A DNA stretch of 47,435 nt, taken from contig JAADCT010000035.1 of NCBI GenBank assembly GCA_013154305.1, forward strand, positions 1 through 47,435, written 5' to 3'. A program made the position numbers and the translations under genes. This DNA comes from Aquificota bacterium (GTDB lineage: Bacteria > Aquificota > Aquificia > Aquificales > QOAS01). Each line of letters starts with the position of its first letter. Positions within the stretch are counted from its first letter, which is position 1. Shown one piece after another: positions 1 to 9,026 of the stretch. The notes beneath the pieces were generated by a model that was given only the letters and a program-made list of their open reading frames with translations, did no database searches and was not told the DNA's origin.

Positions 1-1
1 A

Positions 2-1123
2 CCCTTCATCGTTATGGAAATTCTCGAAAGGGCTAAGGAACTCGAAAGGGAGGGAAGGGATGTAATCCACATGGAGATAGGTGAGCCCGACCTTCCGCCC
101 TCGCCGAGGGTTTTGGAGGCCGTAGAGCGCTTTAAGGACAAAGCCCGCGGCTACACCCATTCTTTGGGTATTTGGGAACTCCGCGAGGCGGTTGCCGAGT
201 ATTACCTTCGAAGGTACGGGGTGGAAGTTGACCCCGAAAGGGTGGTAATTACGACCGGAACGAGCGGGGCCTTTTCCCTGATTTTTTCCGCCCTTTTTGA
301 GCCCGGGGAGGCGGTCGCCTTTACCGACCCCGGCTATCCCTGCTATCCCAACTTTGCAAAGATTTACTGCCTGAGACCGGCGGCGGTTCCGGTGGGACCC
401 GAAACGGATTACGAACTGCGGGCCGACCTCCTCGAGGAGGCGACAAAAAGGGAGAAAAACCTAAAAGGGTTCTTGGTCACTTCTCCCTCCAATCCGGTGG
501 GAAACGTTTATTCCGAAACCACTCTTAGGGAATTGGCCGAGTTTGCCCTCGAAAGGGACCTCGTTTTTATTTCCGACGAGATTTACCACGGTTTGGAATA
601 CGAAAAGAGGGCGTCCACGGCCTTGGAGTTTTCCGACCGGGCCGTCGTCGTGGGCGGTTTTTCAAAGTTTTTTTGCATGCCCGGCTACAGGCTCGGTTGG
701 GCGATAGTTCCTAAAGAGTGGGTTCGCCGGCTTCAGGTGGTGGCCCAAAACCTCTTTATCTCCCCGCCGACTTTGAGCCAGCTGGTTGCGGCCGAGGCGC
801 TTCGCGACGAAAGCCATCAAAACTTCGTTCGCGAAACTTTTAAAAAAAGGCGCGACTTTCTTTACGGCGAGCTCAAGGAGCTTTTCGAAGTTCCGGCCCG
901 GCCGGAGGGGGCCTTTTACGTATGGGCCGGGGTTGACCGATACGGTCTCGGCGGCTTCGAGTTTGCAAAAAGGCTTTTGGAGGAGGCGGGCGTTGCGGTA
1001 ACTCCGGGAGTGGACTTCGGCCGAAACGACACCGAGGGGTTCGTAAGGTTCGCCTACGCCTCTTCCCTCGAGAGGTTGAAAGAGGGCGTTGACCGGATAA
1101 AGGAGTTTCTGAAAAAACTCTAA
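2..1123 (+). CDS. Class I/II PLP-dependent aminotransferase (aspartate aminotransferase-like), 5'-truncated by window edge
   Basis: IGEPD, SPSNPVG, SDEIYH and FSKFFCMPGYRLG (PLP Lys) motifs; frame is open upstream of Met at 14 (PFIVMEI). Confidence 0.92.
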   Translation, partial: PFIVMEILERAKELEREGRDVIHMEIGEPDLPPSPRVLEAVERFKDKARGYTHSLGIWELREAVAEYYLRRYGVEVDPERVVITTGTSGAFSLIFSALFEPGEAVAFTDPGYPCYPNFAKIYCLRPAAVPVGPETDYELRADLLEEATKREKNLKGFLVTSPSNPVGNVYSETTLRELAEFALERDLVFISDEIYHGLEYEKRASTALEFSDRAVVVGGFSKFFCMPGYRLGWAIVPKEWVRRLQVVAQNLFISPPTLSQLVAAEALRDESHQNFVRETFKKRRDFLYGELKELFEVPARPEGAFYVWAGVDRYGLGGFEFAKRLLEEAGVAVTPGVDFGRNDTEGFVRFAYASSLERLKEGVDRIKEFLKKL

Positions 1124-1215
1124 ACCCTTTGCCGTTTTTCGCGGTCCCTTTCGCGGTAGCGGAAAGGGGGTGTCCCGTAAAGGGTGCGGCGGTCTTAGGC
1201 GCCGCGAAAGGTCCT

Positions 1216-1671
1216 TCAGTCTTTTTCGTCGTCCTCTCGGCGGAGTTTTCGAAAGAACTCCTTTAAAAGTTCGGAGCACTCCCCGCACCTGAGAAGTTCC
1301 CAAGGAATTTTGTACTCCTCGAGGAGGAAGAACTTGGTCAGGACCGCACCGTGTTTTTCGTTTTCGGTCCCGAAGTAGAGTTTTTTAAAGCCGGCCAGGG
1401 CCACGGCGCCGGCGCACATGGGGCAGGGCTCCAGCGTGACGAAAATTTCGCAATCCCGAAGGGCCTTTATTCCTAACTTCGATGCCGCTTCGCGGATGGC
1501 GAGAATTTCGGCGTGGGCGGTGGGGTCGGACAGTTCCTCGACGCGGTTGTGGGCCCGGGCCACCACCTTCCCGTTTTTGGCTATCACGCATCCGACGGGC
1601 ACCTCGCCCTTTTCGAAGGCCTTTTTGGCCTCCTCGAGGGCCTCCAGGAGAAGGCGTCTTTTTTCCTCCAT
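1216..1671 (-). CDS. tadA: tRNA adenosine(34) deaminase TadA
   Basis: GEVPVG, DPTAHAE and TLEPCPMC Zn motifs, C-terminal FFRKLR; start reassigned to ATG at 1671 (the ORF-track extension is antisense to the GNAT gene). Confidence 0.88.
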   Translation of the reverse strand: MEEKRRLLLEALEEAKKAFEKGEVPVGCVIAKNGKVVARAHNRVEELSDPTAHAEILAIREAASKLGIKALRDCEIFVTLEPCPMCAGAVALAGFKKLYFGTENEKHGAVLTKFFLLEEYKIPWELLRCGECSELLKEFFRKLRREDDEKD

Positions 1672-1698
1672 CGGGAGCGGGGCCAATTTTAAAACCTT

Positions 1699-2169
1699 AT
1701 GGCGGTAAAGGAGAAGGAGATTACCGTCGAAAGGTGGGAGAGGATGGAGGACTTCGGAAGTTTCTTTCCCATGCTTCGCGACATGTTGGGGGCCATTTAC
1801 GGTTCCCCCGAAAGGGGCCTGAAGATTTACCAGGAGCGCTACGACGCGGTTAACTACTACCGAAACTACGAGGCCTATCCGGGCTCTTTTCTTTTGGTGG
1901 CCAAAAACGAAAAGGGCGAGCCGGTCGGCTTTCTCTACGCCCGCAGGAAGAAAAACCACACCTACCTTTACGACGTTTTCGTAAAGCCGGAGTACAGGAA
2001 AAGGGGGGTGGCCCGCCGTTTGGTGGAGGAGCTCGAGAGGCTGGCGGGCGGGCCGATAAGGGCCGACACCCACGAGGGCGCGCTGGAGGCCTTCCGCCGC
2101 TTGGGCTTTAGGGTTTTAAAGGAGTACTTTGAGGACGGTATTCGCTGGTTTCTCGTCGAAAAGGACTAA
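1699..2169 (+). CDS. GNAT-family N-acetyltransferase
   Basis: VFVKPEYRKRGVARRL acetyl-CoA motif A; FRRLGF motif. Confidence 0.85.
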   Translation: MAVKEKEITVERWERMEDFGSFFPMLRDMLGAIYGSPERGLKIYQERYDAVNYYRNYEAYPGSFLLVAKNEKGEPVGFLYARRKKNHTYLYDVFVKPEYRKRGVARRLVEELERLAGGPIRADTHEGALEAFRRLGFRVLKEYFEDGIRWFLVEKD

Positions 2170-2702
2170 AAGGTCGGAACCGAAAAGAGCAGTCTGCGGA
2201 GGTCCTTTTCGACCTCTACGAGCGTGCGGGCGCCCGCGCGGCGGTAGGTTGCCTTCGCGCACCCGTAGGGGTTGCAAACTTCGGCCTCCAGCGGCCGGGC
2301 CTCCCCGTCGGTAAGGAGCGAGACGGTCAAGTGGGGAAGGGGTTTTGATGTGAAGCGATAACCGCCGTCGGCGACCCGTTTGCGGCAGTCGGGTCCCAAA
2401 AGGCGGGCCGAAAGGAGCCTCCACAACTCGGTCGGGAAGGTCAGTTTTTCCCCTCCCAACCGCAGGGTCTTGTTTCGGTATTCGACGAAACCGACGAATG
2501 TAAGGGGAAAGACCATTCGGTCCTTCGAGGGGTAATACTTAAAGGGCACCTCAAAGGAACCGACCAGGAGTTTCCCCTCAAAGGGAGGGGGAACGGCGTT
2601 CCAGTCCAGTTTCGGAGGGGGGAGGCAGGTTTTGCCCCGCTTTGGAGGGGTGCAGGAAAGGGAAAGCAGGAGAAGGGGAAGGAGGAGTTTCGTCCTCGTC
2701 AT
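2166..2702 (-). CDS. Hypothetical lipoprotein
   Basis: Signal peptide with lipobox LLLSLSC; ATGA overlap with rlmB stop. Confidence 0.7.
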   Translation of the reverse strand: MTRTKLLLPLLLLSLSCTPPKRGKTCLPPPKLDWNAVPPPFEGKLLVGSFEVPFKYYPSKDRMVFPLTFVGFVEYRNKTLRLGGEKLTFPTELWRLLSARLLGPDCRKRVADGGYRFTSKPLPHLTVSLLTDGEARPLEAEVCNPYGCAKATYRRAGARTLVEVEKDLRRLLFSVPTF

Positions 2703-3454
2703 GGAGTTTCTATTTTGGGTTCCACCTTGGGGAGGCGGTCGCGGTTAATCTCCCAGAGGGCGATGGCGGTCGCCGCCCCCACGTTGAGGGAGGGAACCTT
2801 TCCGACGGTGGGAATGGTCGCTATCAGGTCCGACTGCTCGAGGACGCTTTTGGAAATTCCCTCCCCTTCGGAGCCGACCACCACGGCCAGGGGAAAGGGA
2901 AAGTCCACCTCCCTTATGTCCTTGCCGCCGGTTTCGACGGCGGCGACCCACCCGCCCATTTTTTTAAACTGCCGGAGCGCCCGCTGGAGGGAGGGGACTT
3001 TCGCCACCTTGAGGTGGAAGATGGCGCCGGCGGAGGCCTTTACGACCGTTTCGTTTATCGGGCTGCTCCGGTCCTTGGGTAACAAAACGCCGACTCCGCC
3101 GAAGAGTTCGGTCGTTCGGATGATGTTTCCCACGTTTTGGGGGTCGGTTATGTGGTCGAGGACGACGAAAAACGAGTTTTTTTCTATCGCCTCTTTGAAG
3201 AGTTCCTCCTCGTCGACGTAGGATATCGGCGAAAGGAGGGCCACGACGCCCTGGGTCTTTTTGGTCCCGGCCAATTCCTCCACCCTTTTGCGGGGAACTT
3301 TTTGAACCTTAACGCCCCTTTCCTTGGCCAGTTTTAGAAGTTCGCGCGGGGGGTGGCTGTCGTGGGCGACGAAGATTTTTTCAATGCTTCGGCCCGCCCT
3401 CAGGGCCTCTATAACCGGATTTCTCCCCCAGACGGTAAACTTCTTTTTTTCCAT
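2699..3454 (-). CDS. rlmB: 23S rRNA Gm2251 2'-O-methyltransferase RlmB (SPOUT/TrmH family)
   Basis: GRNPVIEAL, TDPQNVGNIIRT, VGSEGEGI and SLNVG motifs. Confidence 0.92.
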   Translation of the reverse strand: MEKKKFTVWGRNPVIEALRAGRSIEKIFVAHDSHPPRELLKLAKERGVKVQKVPRKRVEELAGTKKTQGVVALLSPISYVDEEELFKEAIEKNSFFVVLDHITDPQNVGNIIRTTELFGGVGVLLPKDRSSPINETVVKASAGAIFHLKVAKVPSLQRALRQFKKMGGWVAAVETGGKDIREVDFPFPLAVVVGSEGEGISKSVLEQSDLIATIPTVGKVPSLNVGAATAIALWEINRDRLPKVEPKIETP

Positions 3455-3554
3455 CGGTAGGTTTAAAAAGTTAGGACCTCCGTCGGTTAACGATTGTCAA
3501 AACCGCCTTATTAACTTTAAACTTAAGGAGAACTTCGAGGCGGAGGTTTTAAAG

Positions 3555-3983
3555 ATGGGTTCGGCCGGCGCCCTCGTTGCCTTCAGCAACGACAAGAACA
3601 TCCTCATCGTCCTAAAGGCCTGCGAAAACGCGGAGAAGCTTTTGGAGGACAGAAACCTCAAGGACTTCGTGAAGTTTTCCAACGAGCTTTTGGAGCACAT
3701 CGACGAACCTACCGACGTTCTCGACTACTACACCCACGCCAAGATGCTCTACAGGCTGATTAAAGAGAGGTTGGGGACCGAAAAGGTCGGCTTTTACGTC
3801 TACGACCTCGAGGTTTCCTATCCCATAAAGGGGAATACCCCGGAGGAGCTCGAGAGGGCGATAGAGAGCGAGGCGTTGATAGACAAGCCGATTTTGGCCT
3901 ATTCCAAGTGTTTCGAGGACGTTCCGATATTGGTGATTGTCGACCTCGACACCTACCGCACCTACGAGGTCAGAAAACCCTGA
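3555..3983 (+). CDS. Hypothetical protein (142 aa)
   Basis: SD GGAGG upstream of ATG 3555; genome-typical codon use; TGATG coupling to the next gene. Confidence 0.75.
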   Translation: MGSAGALVAFSNDKNILIVLKACENAEKLLEDRNLKDFVKFSNELLEHIDEPTDVLDYYTHAKMLYRLIKERLGTEKVGFYVYDLEVSYPIKGNTPEELERAIESEALIDKPILAYSKCFEDVPILVIVDLDTYRTYEVRKP

Positions 3984-4216
3984 TGCTGGTCCGGGTGAGG
4001 GCAAAACCCCGCTCCAAGAAGGAGGGCGTAAAAAGGCTTTCGGAGGACCTCCTTGAGGTCCGCGTTTCGGTCCCCCCCGAGGGGGGAAGGGCCAACGAGA
4101 GGATAAGGGAACTTTTGGCCTCCTTTTTCGGCGTTTCCAAGTCGAGGGTGAAACTCCTCAAGGGGGAAACCTCGAGGGAAAAGCTCTTTGAGGTCGACCT
4201 TCAGCCGGAGCGGTAG
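3983..4216 (+). CDS. DUF167/YggU (UPF0235) family protein
   Basis: VRAKPRSKK...PPEGGRANE...GETSREK pattern. Confidence 0.88.
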   Translation: MLVRVRAKPRSKKEGVKRLSEDLLEVRVSVPPEGGRANERIRELLASFFGVSKSRVKLLKGETSREKLFEVDLQPER

Positions 4217-4893
4217 GTGAGCGGATAGCTTTGGAGCATCCTCAGGACCTCTTCCTCGTCGAGGTCGCGCCACCGGCGGTAGGCGGCGGCTACGGCAAAG
4301 GGCAGGTTTCGGCGGTAGTTGGCGCAAACGAGGAGGTCCACCAGCGGGGCCAGGCGGGCAACCGAGCCGGCGCTGCAGGTGGGAACGGCGACGACCACTT
4401 TAGAGGGTTTCAGCCGTTTTACGGCCTCGAGGGCGGCCAGGAGGGTGTAGCCGGAGGCCAGGCCGTCGTCGACGATTATAGCGGTCTTTCCCTCGAGGGA
4501 GGGAAGACTTTGCGTTTGAAAGAGCTCGAGGCGGCGCCGGACGCTTTCGAGGGCCTTGGTCAGCTGGGTTTGAACCTCCTCGGCCGTCAGGCCGAGGCTT
4601 TCAACCGCCTCCTCGTTTAAAACGACGTCGCCGAACTGGTTGACGGCGCCAAAGCCGGCTTCGGTGTCCCAGGGCAGCTGGGCCTTCCTTACGACGAGGG
4701 GAACGAGGGGGGCGCCGAGGGCCTTGGCCACCTCAATTCCGACGGGAATGCCCCCGGAGGGAATGGCCAAAACGACGGGGTTTTCGAGGTTCAGCTCCTT
4801 TAAAAGGAGGGCGAGTTTCCTTCCGGCGTCGGTGCGGTCCTCGAAGACGAATTCCCTGTCCGTCAGGGTGGGGTCTATTAAAACTTCGCCCAT
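4201..4893 (-). CDS. Phosphoribosyltransferase-family protein
   Basis: FEDRTDAGRKLA N-terminus; IIVDDGLASG PRPP-binding loop. Confidence 0.88.
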   Translation of the reverse strand: MGEVLIDPTLTDREFVFEDRTDAGRKLALLLKELNLENPVVLAIPSGGIPVGIEVAKALGAPLVPLVVRKAQLPWDTEAGFGAVNQFGDVVLNEEAVESLGLTAEEVQTQLTKALESVRRRLELFQTQSLPSLEGKTAIIVDDGLASGYTLLAALEAVKRLKPSKVVVAVPTCSAGSVARLAPLVDLLVCANYRRNLPFAVAAAYRRWRDLDEEEVLRMLQSYPLTYRSG

Positions 4894-4994
4894 GGGAGGG
4901 AAATTAGGAGTCTTTAACCGAAAAGGGTGATGCGGCGGGGAGGGCGGTCCCCGCGGGGTCGTTAAACTTTAAACTTTGCAAGGAGGAGAGTCCG

Positions 4995-5900
4995 ATGGAC
5001 GGTTTTACCCTCAGGGGTTCGATTATCGCCCTGATTACGCCCTTTAAAAACGGCGGGAAAGAGGTCGACTACGAGGGTCTGGCCCGCCTCATCGACTATC
5101 AGATTGAGCAGGGCACCGACGCGATTTTGGTCTGCGGAACCACGGGCGAGAGCCCGACTTTGACTTACGACGAACACCGCAGCGTTATAGAGTTTGCGGT
5201 TAAGCACGCGGCCGGTCGCGTTCCGGTAATTGCGGGAACGGGTGCCAACTCCCTCCACGAGGCGGTGGAGCTGACGGGTTTTGCCAAGGAGGCGGGGGCC
5301 GACGCGGCCCTGGTGGTGGTTCCCTACTACAACAAACCCTCCCAGGAGGGTCTTTACCGCCACTACAAAACGCTGGCCAAGGAGGTCGACATTCCCATAA
5401 TCGTTTACAACATTCCGGGTAGGACCTGCAGGGAAATAGAGGTTTCGACGCTGGCGCGGCTGAGGGAGGAGTGTCCCAACATAGTCGGTTCGAAAGAGAG
5501 CGTTTCCGACATGGACCGCATTTCGGAAATGAGGCGCGTTCTCGGCGAGGACTTTTTAATCTACTCGGGCGACGACAGTCTGACCTTGCCGATGATGGCG
5601 CTGGGGGCCGACGGCGTCGTTTCGGTTGCCAACCACGTCCTTCCCAAAGAGGTTAAGGAGATGGTTCACTCGGCCCTCAAAGGGGACTTTGAAAGGGCGC
5701 GCAAGCTCCACTACGAGCTCTTTCCCCTCTTTAAGGCCCTCTTTATGGACACCAATCCGATTCCGGTAAAGACGGCGGTTTGGATGCTCGGCCTTATAGA
5801 GGAAAAGTCTTTCCGACTGCCTTTGTGCGAGATGCCGCCCGAAAAGGAGGAGCGGCTGAGGGAGGTTTTGCGCTCTTACGGTTTGAAGGTGGTGCGGTAG
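4995..5900 (+). CDS. dapA: 4-hydroxy-tetrahydrodipicolinate synthase
   Basis: GTTGES, PYYNKP, YNIPGRT, GSKES and SGDD motifs; SD AGGAGG. Confidence 0.96.
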   Translation: MDGFTLRGSIIALITPFKNGGKEVDYEGLARLIDYQIEQGTDAILVCGTTGESPTLTYDEHRSVIEFAVKHAAGRVPVIAGTGANSLHEAVELTGFAKEAGADAALVVVPYYNKPSQEGLYRHYKTLAKEVDIPIIVYNIPGRTCREIEVSTLARLREECPNIVGSKESVSDMDRISEMRRVLGEDFLIYSGDDSLTLPMMALGADGVVSVANHVLPKEVKEMVHSALKGDFERARKLHYELFPLFKALFMDTNPIPVKTAVWMLGLIEEKSFRLPLCEMPPEKEERLREVLRSYGLKVVR

Positions 5901-5943
5901 GTCCTTTCGGAGGGCGCCGGTTAAGCTATTAGTTTTTGACGCT

Positions 5944-6879
5944 ATGAACGGTCGAAATTTGGCCCTCTTTTTGTCCCTCCTTTTGGTCCTCTCTTGCGGC
6001 AAACCGACGGAGGAGGAGAGGGCCAAGAAGGCGGCCTCCGACTACGCCAAGGGCGTCGAGCTTTACAAAAAGGGTGACTACGGGGAGGCGGCCCGCCTTT
6101 TGAGGGAGGCCGAGGCGGGAATGGCCTACCTCACGCCGGAGCAAATTCGCGACCTGAAGTTCAAACTCGCCCTTTCCCTCTACAAGGCGGGAAAGTACGA
6201 GGACGCCATTTTGGAGTTGGAGGACTACGTAAGCTACTATCCGACGGCGCCGAACGTTGAGGAGGCCTACGTTTACCTCATCCGCGCCTACCTGAAAATT
6301 TCACCCGACCCCTGGCGCGACCAAACTTACGCCGAAAAGGCGTTGGCCCTGATAGAGGAGTTTCTCCGCCGATTTCCCGACAGCCGCTACCTGCCCCAGC
6401 TGGAGGAGCTCAAAAACGAGGCGCTGGCGCGGTTGGCCCGCCACCACCTGCTGGTTGCCGAGTTTTACGAAAACTACGGCCTTTACTATCCGGCGGCCCT
6501 GCGCTACGAGTTCCTGCTGTACAACTTTTCCGACCTCCTCGACGAGAGGGAACTCCTCTTTAGGTACGTTAAAAACCTCTACCTCGTTCCCCTTTACGCG
6601 GCAAAGAAAAAGGGCGAATTCCTGAAAAAGGCCGAGAAGCTGGAGGAGCAAATTAAGGAGGGCGAGGTAAAAGACAAGGAGGCGGCCAAAAGGCGGGTCG
6701 AATTCTTTAAGGAGCAGGCCCGCCGGTGGGACCGCATAGCCGCCGAGGCCCTGAAAAAGGCCGAAGAAAACCTGAAGCTCTACGAGCGGCGTTTCGGCCG
6801 CGACAAAAACTACGAAATACTTTTAAAGATTAAAAAAGGGCAAAGGGAAGAAAGGTCATGGATAGAAAGGATTTTGTAA
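5944..6879 (+). CDS. bamD: Outer membrane protein assembly factor BamD (TPR lipoprotein)
   Basis: Lipobox LVLSC; TPR helices; RDQT and RFPDSRY motifs; AEFY. Confidence 0.85.
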   Translation: MNGRNLALFLSLLLVLSCGKPTEEERAKKAASDYAKGVELYKKGDYGEAARLLREAEAGMAYLTPEQIRDLKFKLALSLYKAGKYEDAILELEDYVSYYPTAPNVEEAYVYLIRAYLKISPDPWRDQTYAEKALALIEEFLRRFPDSRYLPQLEELKNEALARLARHHLLVAEFYENYGLYYPAALRYEFLLYNFSDLLDERELLFRYVKNLYLVPLYAAKKKGEFLKKAEKLEEQIKEGEVKDKEAAKRRVEFFKEQARRWDRIAAEALKKAEENLKLYERRFGRDKNYEILLKIKKGQREERSWIERIL

Positions 6880-7196
6880 AGGAAATCGTTTCGATTTTGG
6901 ACGACAAAAAGGGCGAAAACATCTCCGCCCTCGACGTTCGGGGTCTAACCTCTTTGACCGACTACTTCGTGATAGCGTCGGCCACCTCCGACACCCACGC
7001 CAAGGCTCTGGCCGACTACGTTGAGGAGGAGATTAAAAAGCGAAGGGGCGAACTGCCCCACCACGTCGAGGGCAGGGAGTGGAACCGCTGGATAGTCCTC
7101 GACTACGGCGACGTAATAGTCCACATAATGCTTCCCGAGGTTCGGGACTACTACGGTATCGACTGGCTCTGGTCCGACGCCAAAAGGGTCGAATGA
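6858..7196 (+). CDS. rsfS: Ribosome silencing factor RsfS (Iojap)
   Basis: DKKGENI, DYFVIAS, WIVLDYGDVIVH and W-terminal motif. Confidence 0.95.
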   Translation: MDRKDFVKEIVSILDDKKGENISALDVRGLTSLTDYFVIASATSDTHAKALADYVEEEIKKRRGELPHHVEGREWNRWIVLDYGDVIVHIMLPEVRDYYGIDWLWSDAKRVE

Positions 7197-7828
7197 ACCT
7201 TTTGGAAAAGCTCCTCTTTGGCGAATTTTGCGCCCACTGCGAGAGGCGGGAGGTGGGCGCTTACGGCCTCGTTTGCGACCCTTGCCTCTATTCCCTTCGG
7301 CCCGAACCCTCCTTCAGGGAGGTTCCCTACGCCGACGGCGTTTTGGCGTTTGCCCCTTACAAAGGGGCGGCCAAAACCCTTTTAAACCTGATAAAGTTTC
7401 AGGGCGCAAAGAAACTCCTGGAACCTTTGGCCGAGGTTGCCAAACCCACCTTCGAAAGGTTTTTGAGGAAAGTGGACCCCGATTGGGTTTCGTTCGTGCC
7501 CACCCACCCCTTGAGGGTTTGGTTTTCGAGGGGCTTTGACCAAACGGAGGAACTTCTAAAAAGGCTCTATCCGGAGTACGCGAGGGTTTTTTCGCGGCGG
7601 TGGGTGCCGAGGCGGCCGCTGGCGCGGCTAAAGGGAAGGGAGCGCCGCTCGGCGATAAAGGGCGTTTTCGAACTTCGCCTGCCGCCTCCGGCGGTAAAGG
7701 GAAAGAGGTTTTTAATAGTCGACGACGTCGTTACCACCGGTTCGACGGCCGCCGAATTGGCCCTTTTGCTGAAGTCGGCCGGTGCCTCCGAGGTCTTCTT
7801 TTTTGCACTCTTTGACGGTTCGGCTTAA
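7193..7828 (+). CDS. comF: ComF-family protein (Zn ribbon + PRTase domain)
   Basis: CAHC/CDPC, RGFDQ, IVDDVVTTGST; ATGA overlap with rsfS. Confidence 0.85.
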   Translation: MNLLEKLLFGEFCAHCERREVGAYGLVCDPCLYSLRPEPSFREVPYADGVLAFAPYKGAAKTLLNLIKFQGAKKLLEPLAEVAKPTFERFLRKVDPDWVSFVPTHPLRVWFSRGFDQTEELLKRLYPEYARVFSRRWVPRRPLARLKGRERRSAIKGVFELRLPPPAVKGKRFLIVDDVVTTGSTAAELALLLKSAGASEVFFFALFDGSA

Positions 7829-7840
7829 AAAACTTTTCCA

Positions 7841-9019
7841 ATGGGCGTTGAAGTCGCGTTTTATTCGCCGGTCGAGGTTACCTTTCCCTTCGACGAAAGG
7901 GCCGTTTTTGAAGCCCCTTTTACGCTCGAAAGGAGGGAGCTGATAGAGGCGGTCAAGGAGGGCCTCAAGCCGGTAAAGGAAAAGTTTGAAACGATGGTAG
8001 TTTGCGGAATGGGCGGCTCCTCCTTAGGGGCCAAAACCATAAACGCCTTCGCCGGGGCCTTCAACGAAACTCCGAGGAGGCTCGTCTTTTTGGACAACCT
8101 CGACCCCACCTTCGTCCGGCAAACCCTGGAGGGTCTTGACTGGAAAAGGACCGCCTTTTGTTTCGTGAGCAAGTCGGGAACGACTTTGGAAACGGTGGTT
8201 TTTCTAAACCTGGTTTTGGACGGACTGAAAAGGAGGGGCCTAAAGCCTTCGGAGCACCTCCTCTTTGTGGGCGACCGGGGCAAAAACTTCGAAAGGATGG
8301 CGCGGGCCCTGGAGGCGCCCTTTTTCGAAATTCCGGCCGAGGTCGACGGCCGCTTTTCGGTCCTGACCTCCACCGGACTGGTTCCCGCCCACTTCGTCGA
8401 CTTCGACGTCGACGAGCTTTGGGAGGGTGCGAAGGAGGCCCTCCGTCCCCGCGGGCCCGAATCGCCGGCCCTTCGGCTGGCCCAATTTAAGGTCGACCAC
8501 TACCTGGCCGGGAGAAACGTTTCGGTAATGTTCGCCTACGGGAACTTCGTCTACACTTTCGCCTTTTGGTACAGCCAGCTTTGGGCCGAAAGTTTGGGAA
8601 AGGACGGCAAGGGTCAAACGCCCCTTAAGGCCCTCGGAACGGTCGACCAGCATTCGCTGGTCCAGCTATTTATGGACGGCCCCGACGACAAGGTGTACCA
8701 GTTCGTCAAGGTGGGCGAGGTCCACTACGACCTCACGCTTCCGCCCGAGGTGCTTATTCACGACTACGTTGCCGGCAAGAAGGTTTCGGAGGTTTTCGAC
8801 GCCCTTTACGCGGGAACAAAGGAGGCCCTCCTCCGAAAGGGCCGCCCGCTGGTGGAGCTCCTGATAGACCGCTACAGCGCCTTCAACCTCGGATACCTGT
8901 TTATGCTCTACATGCTGGCGACGGTGGCGGCGGCCCAGGTGCTCGGCGTAAACCCCTTCGGCCAGCCCGGCGTCGAGCTCGGCAAAAAACTGGCCAAGGA
9001 AAAACTTTCAAACCCGTAA
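7841..9019 (+). CDS. pgi: Glucose-6-phosphate isomerase (short form)
   Basis: GMGGSSLG, SKSGTTLE, GRFSVL, QLWAESLGK, DQHS and QPGVELGK motifs. Confidence 0.93.
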   Translation: MGVEVAFYSPVEVTFPFDERAVFEAPFTLERRELIEAVKEGLKPVKEKFETMVVCGMGGSSLGAKTINAFAGAFNETPRRLVFLDNLDPTFVRQTLEGLDWKRTAFCFVSKSGTTLETVVFLNLVLDGLKRRGLKPSEHLLFVGDRGKNFERMARALEAPFFEIPAEVDGRFSVLTSTGLVPAHFVDFDVDELWEGAKEALRPRGPESPALRLAQFKVDHYLAGRNVSVMFAYGNFVYTFAFWYSQLWAESLGKDGKGQTPLKALGTVDQHSLVQLFMDGPDDKVYQFVKVGEVHYDLTLPPEVLIHDYVAGKKVSEVFDALYAGTKEALLRKGRPLVELLIDRYSAFNLGYLFMLYMLATVAAAQVLGVNPFGQPGVELGKKLAKEKLSNP

Positions 9020-9026
9020 AGGGTTT

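Noticed and set aside
1124-1215. GC-rich, weakly self-complementary spacer between convergent genes
   Set aside because: No recognisable ncRNA family; best explained as a terminator region
3324-3554. N-terminal ORF-track extensions (also tadA, comF, leuC, DUF2892, fabH, gltP, moaD)
   Set aside because: They overlap neighbouring genes or spacers and precede the homologous N-termini; downstream starts were chosen
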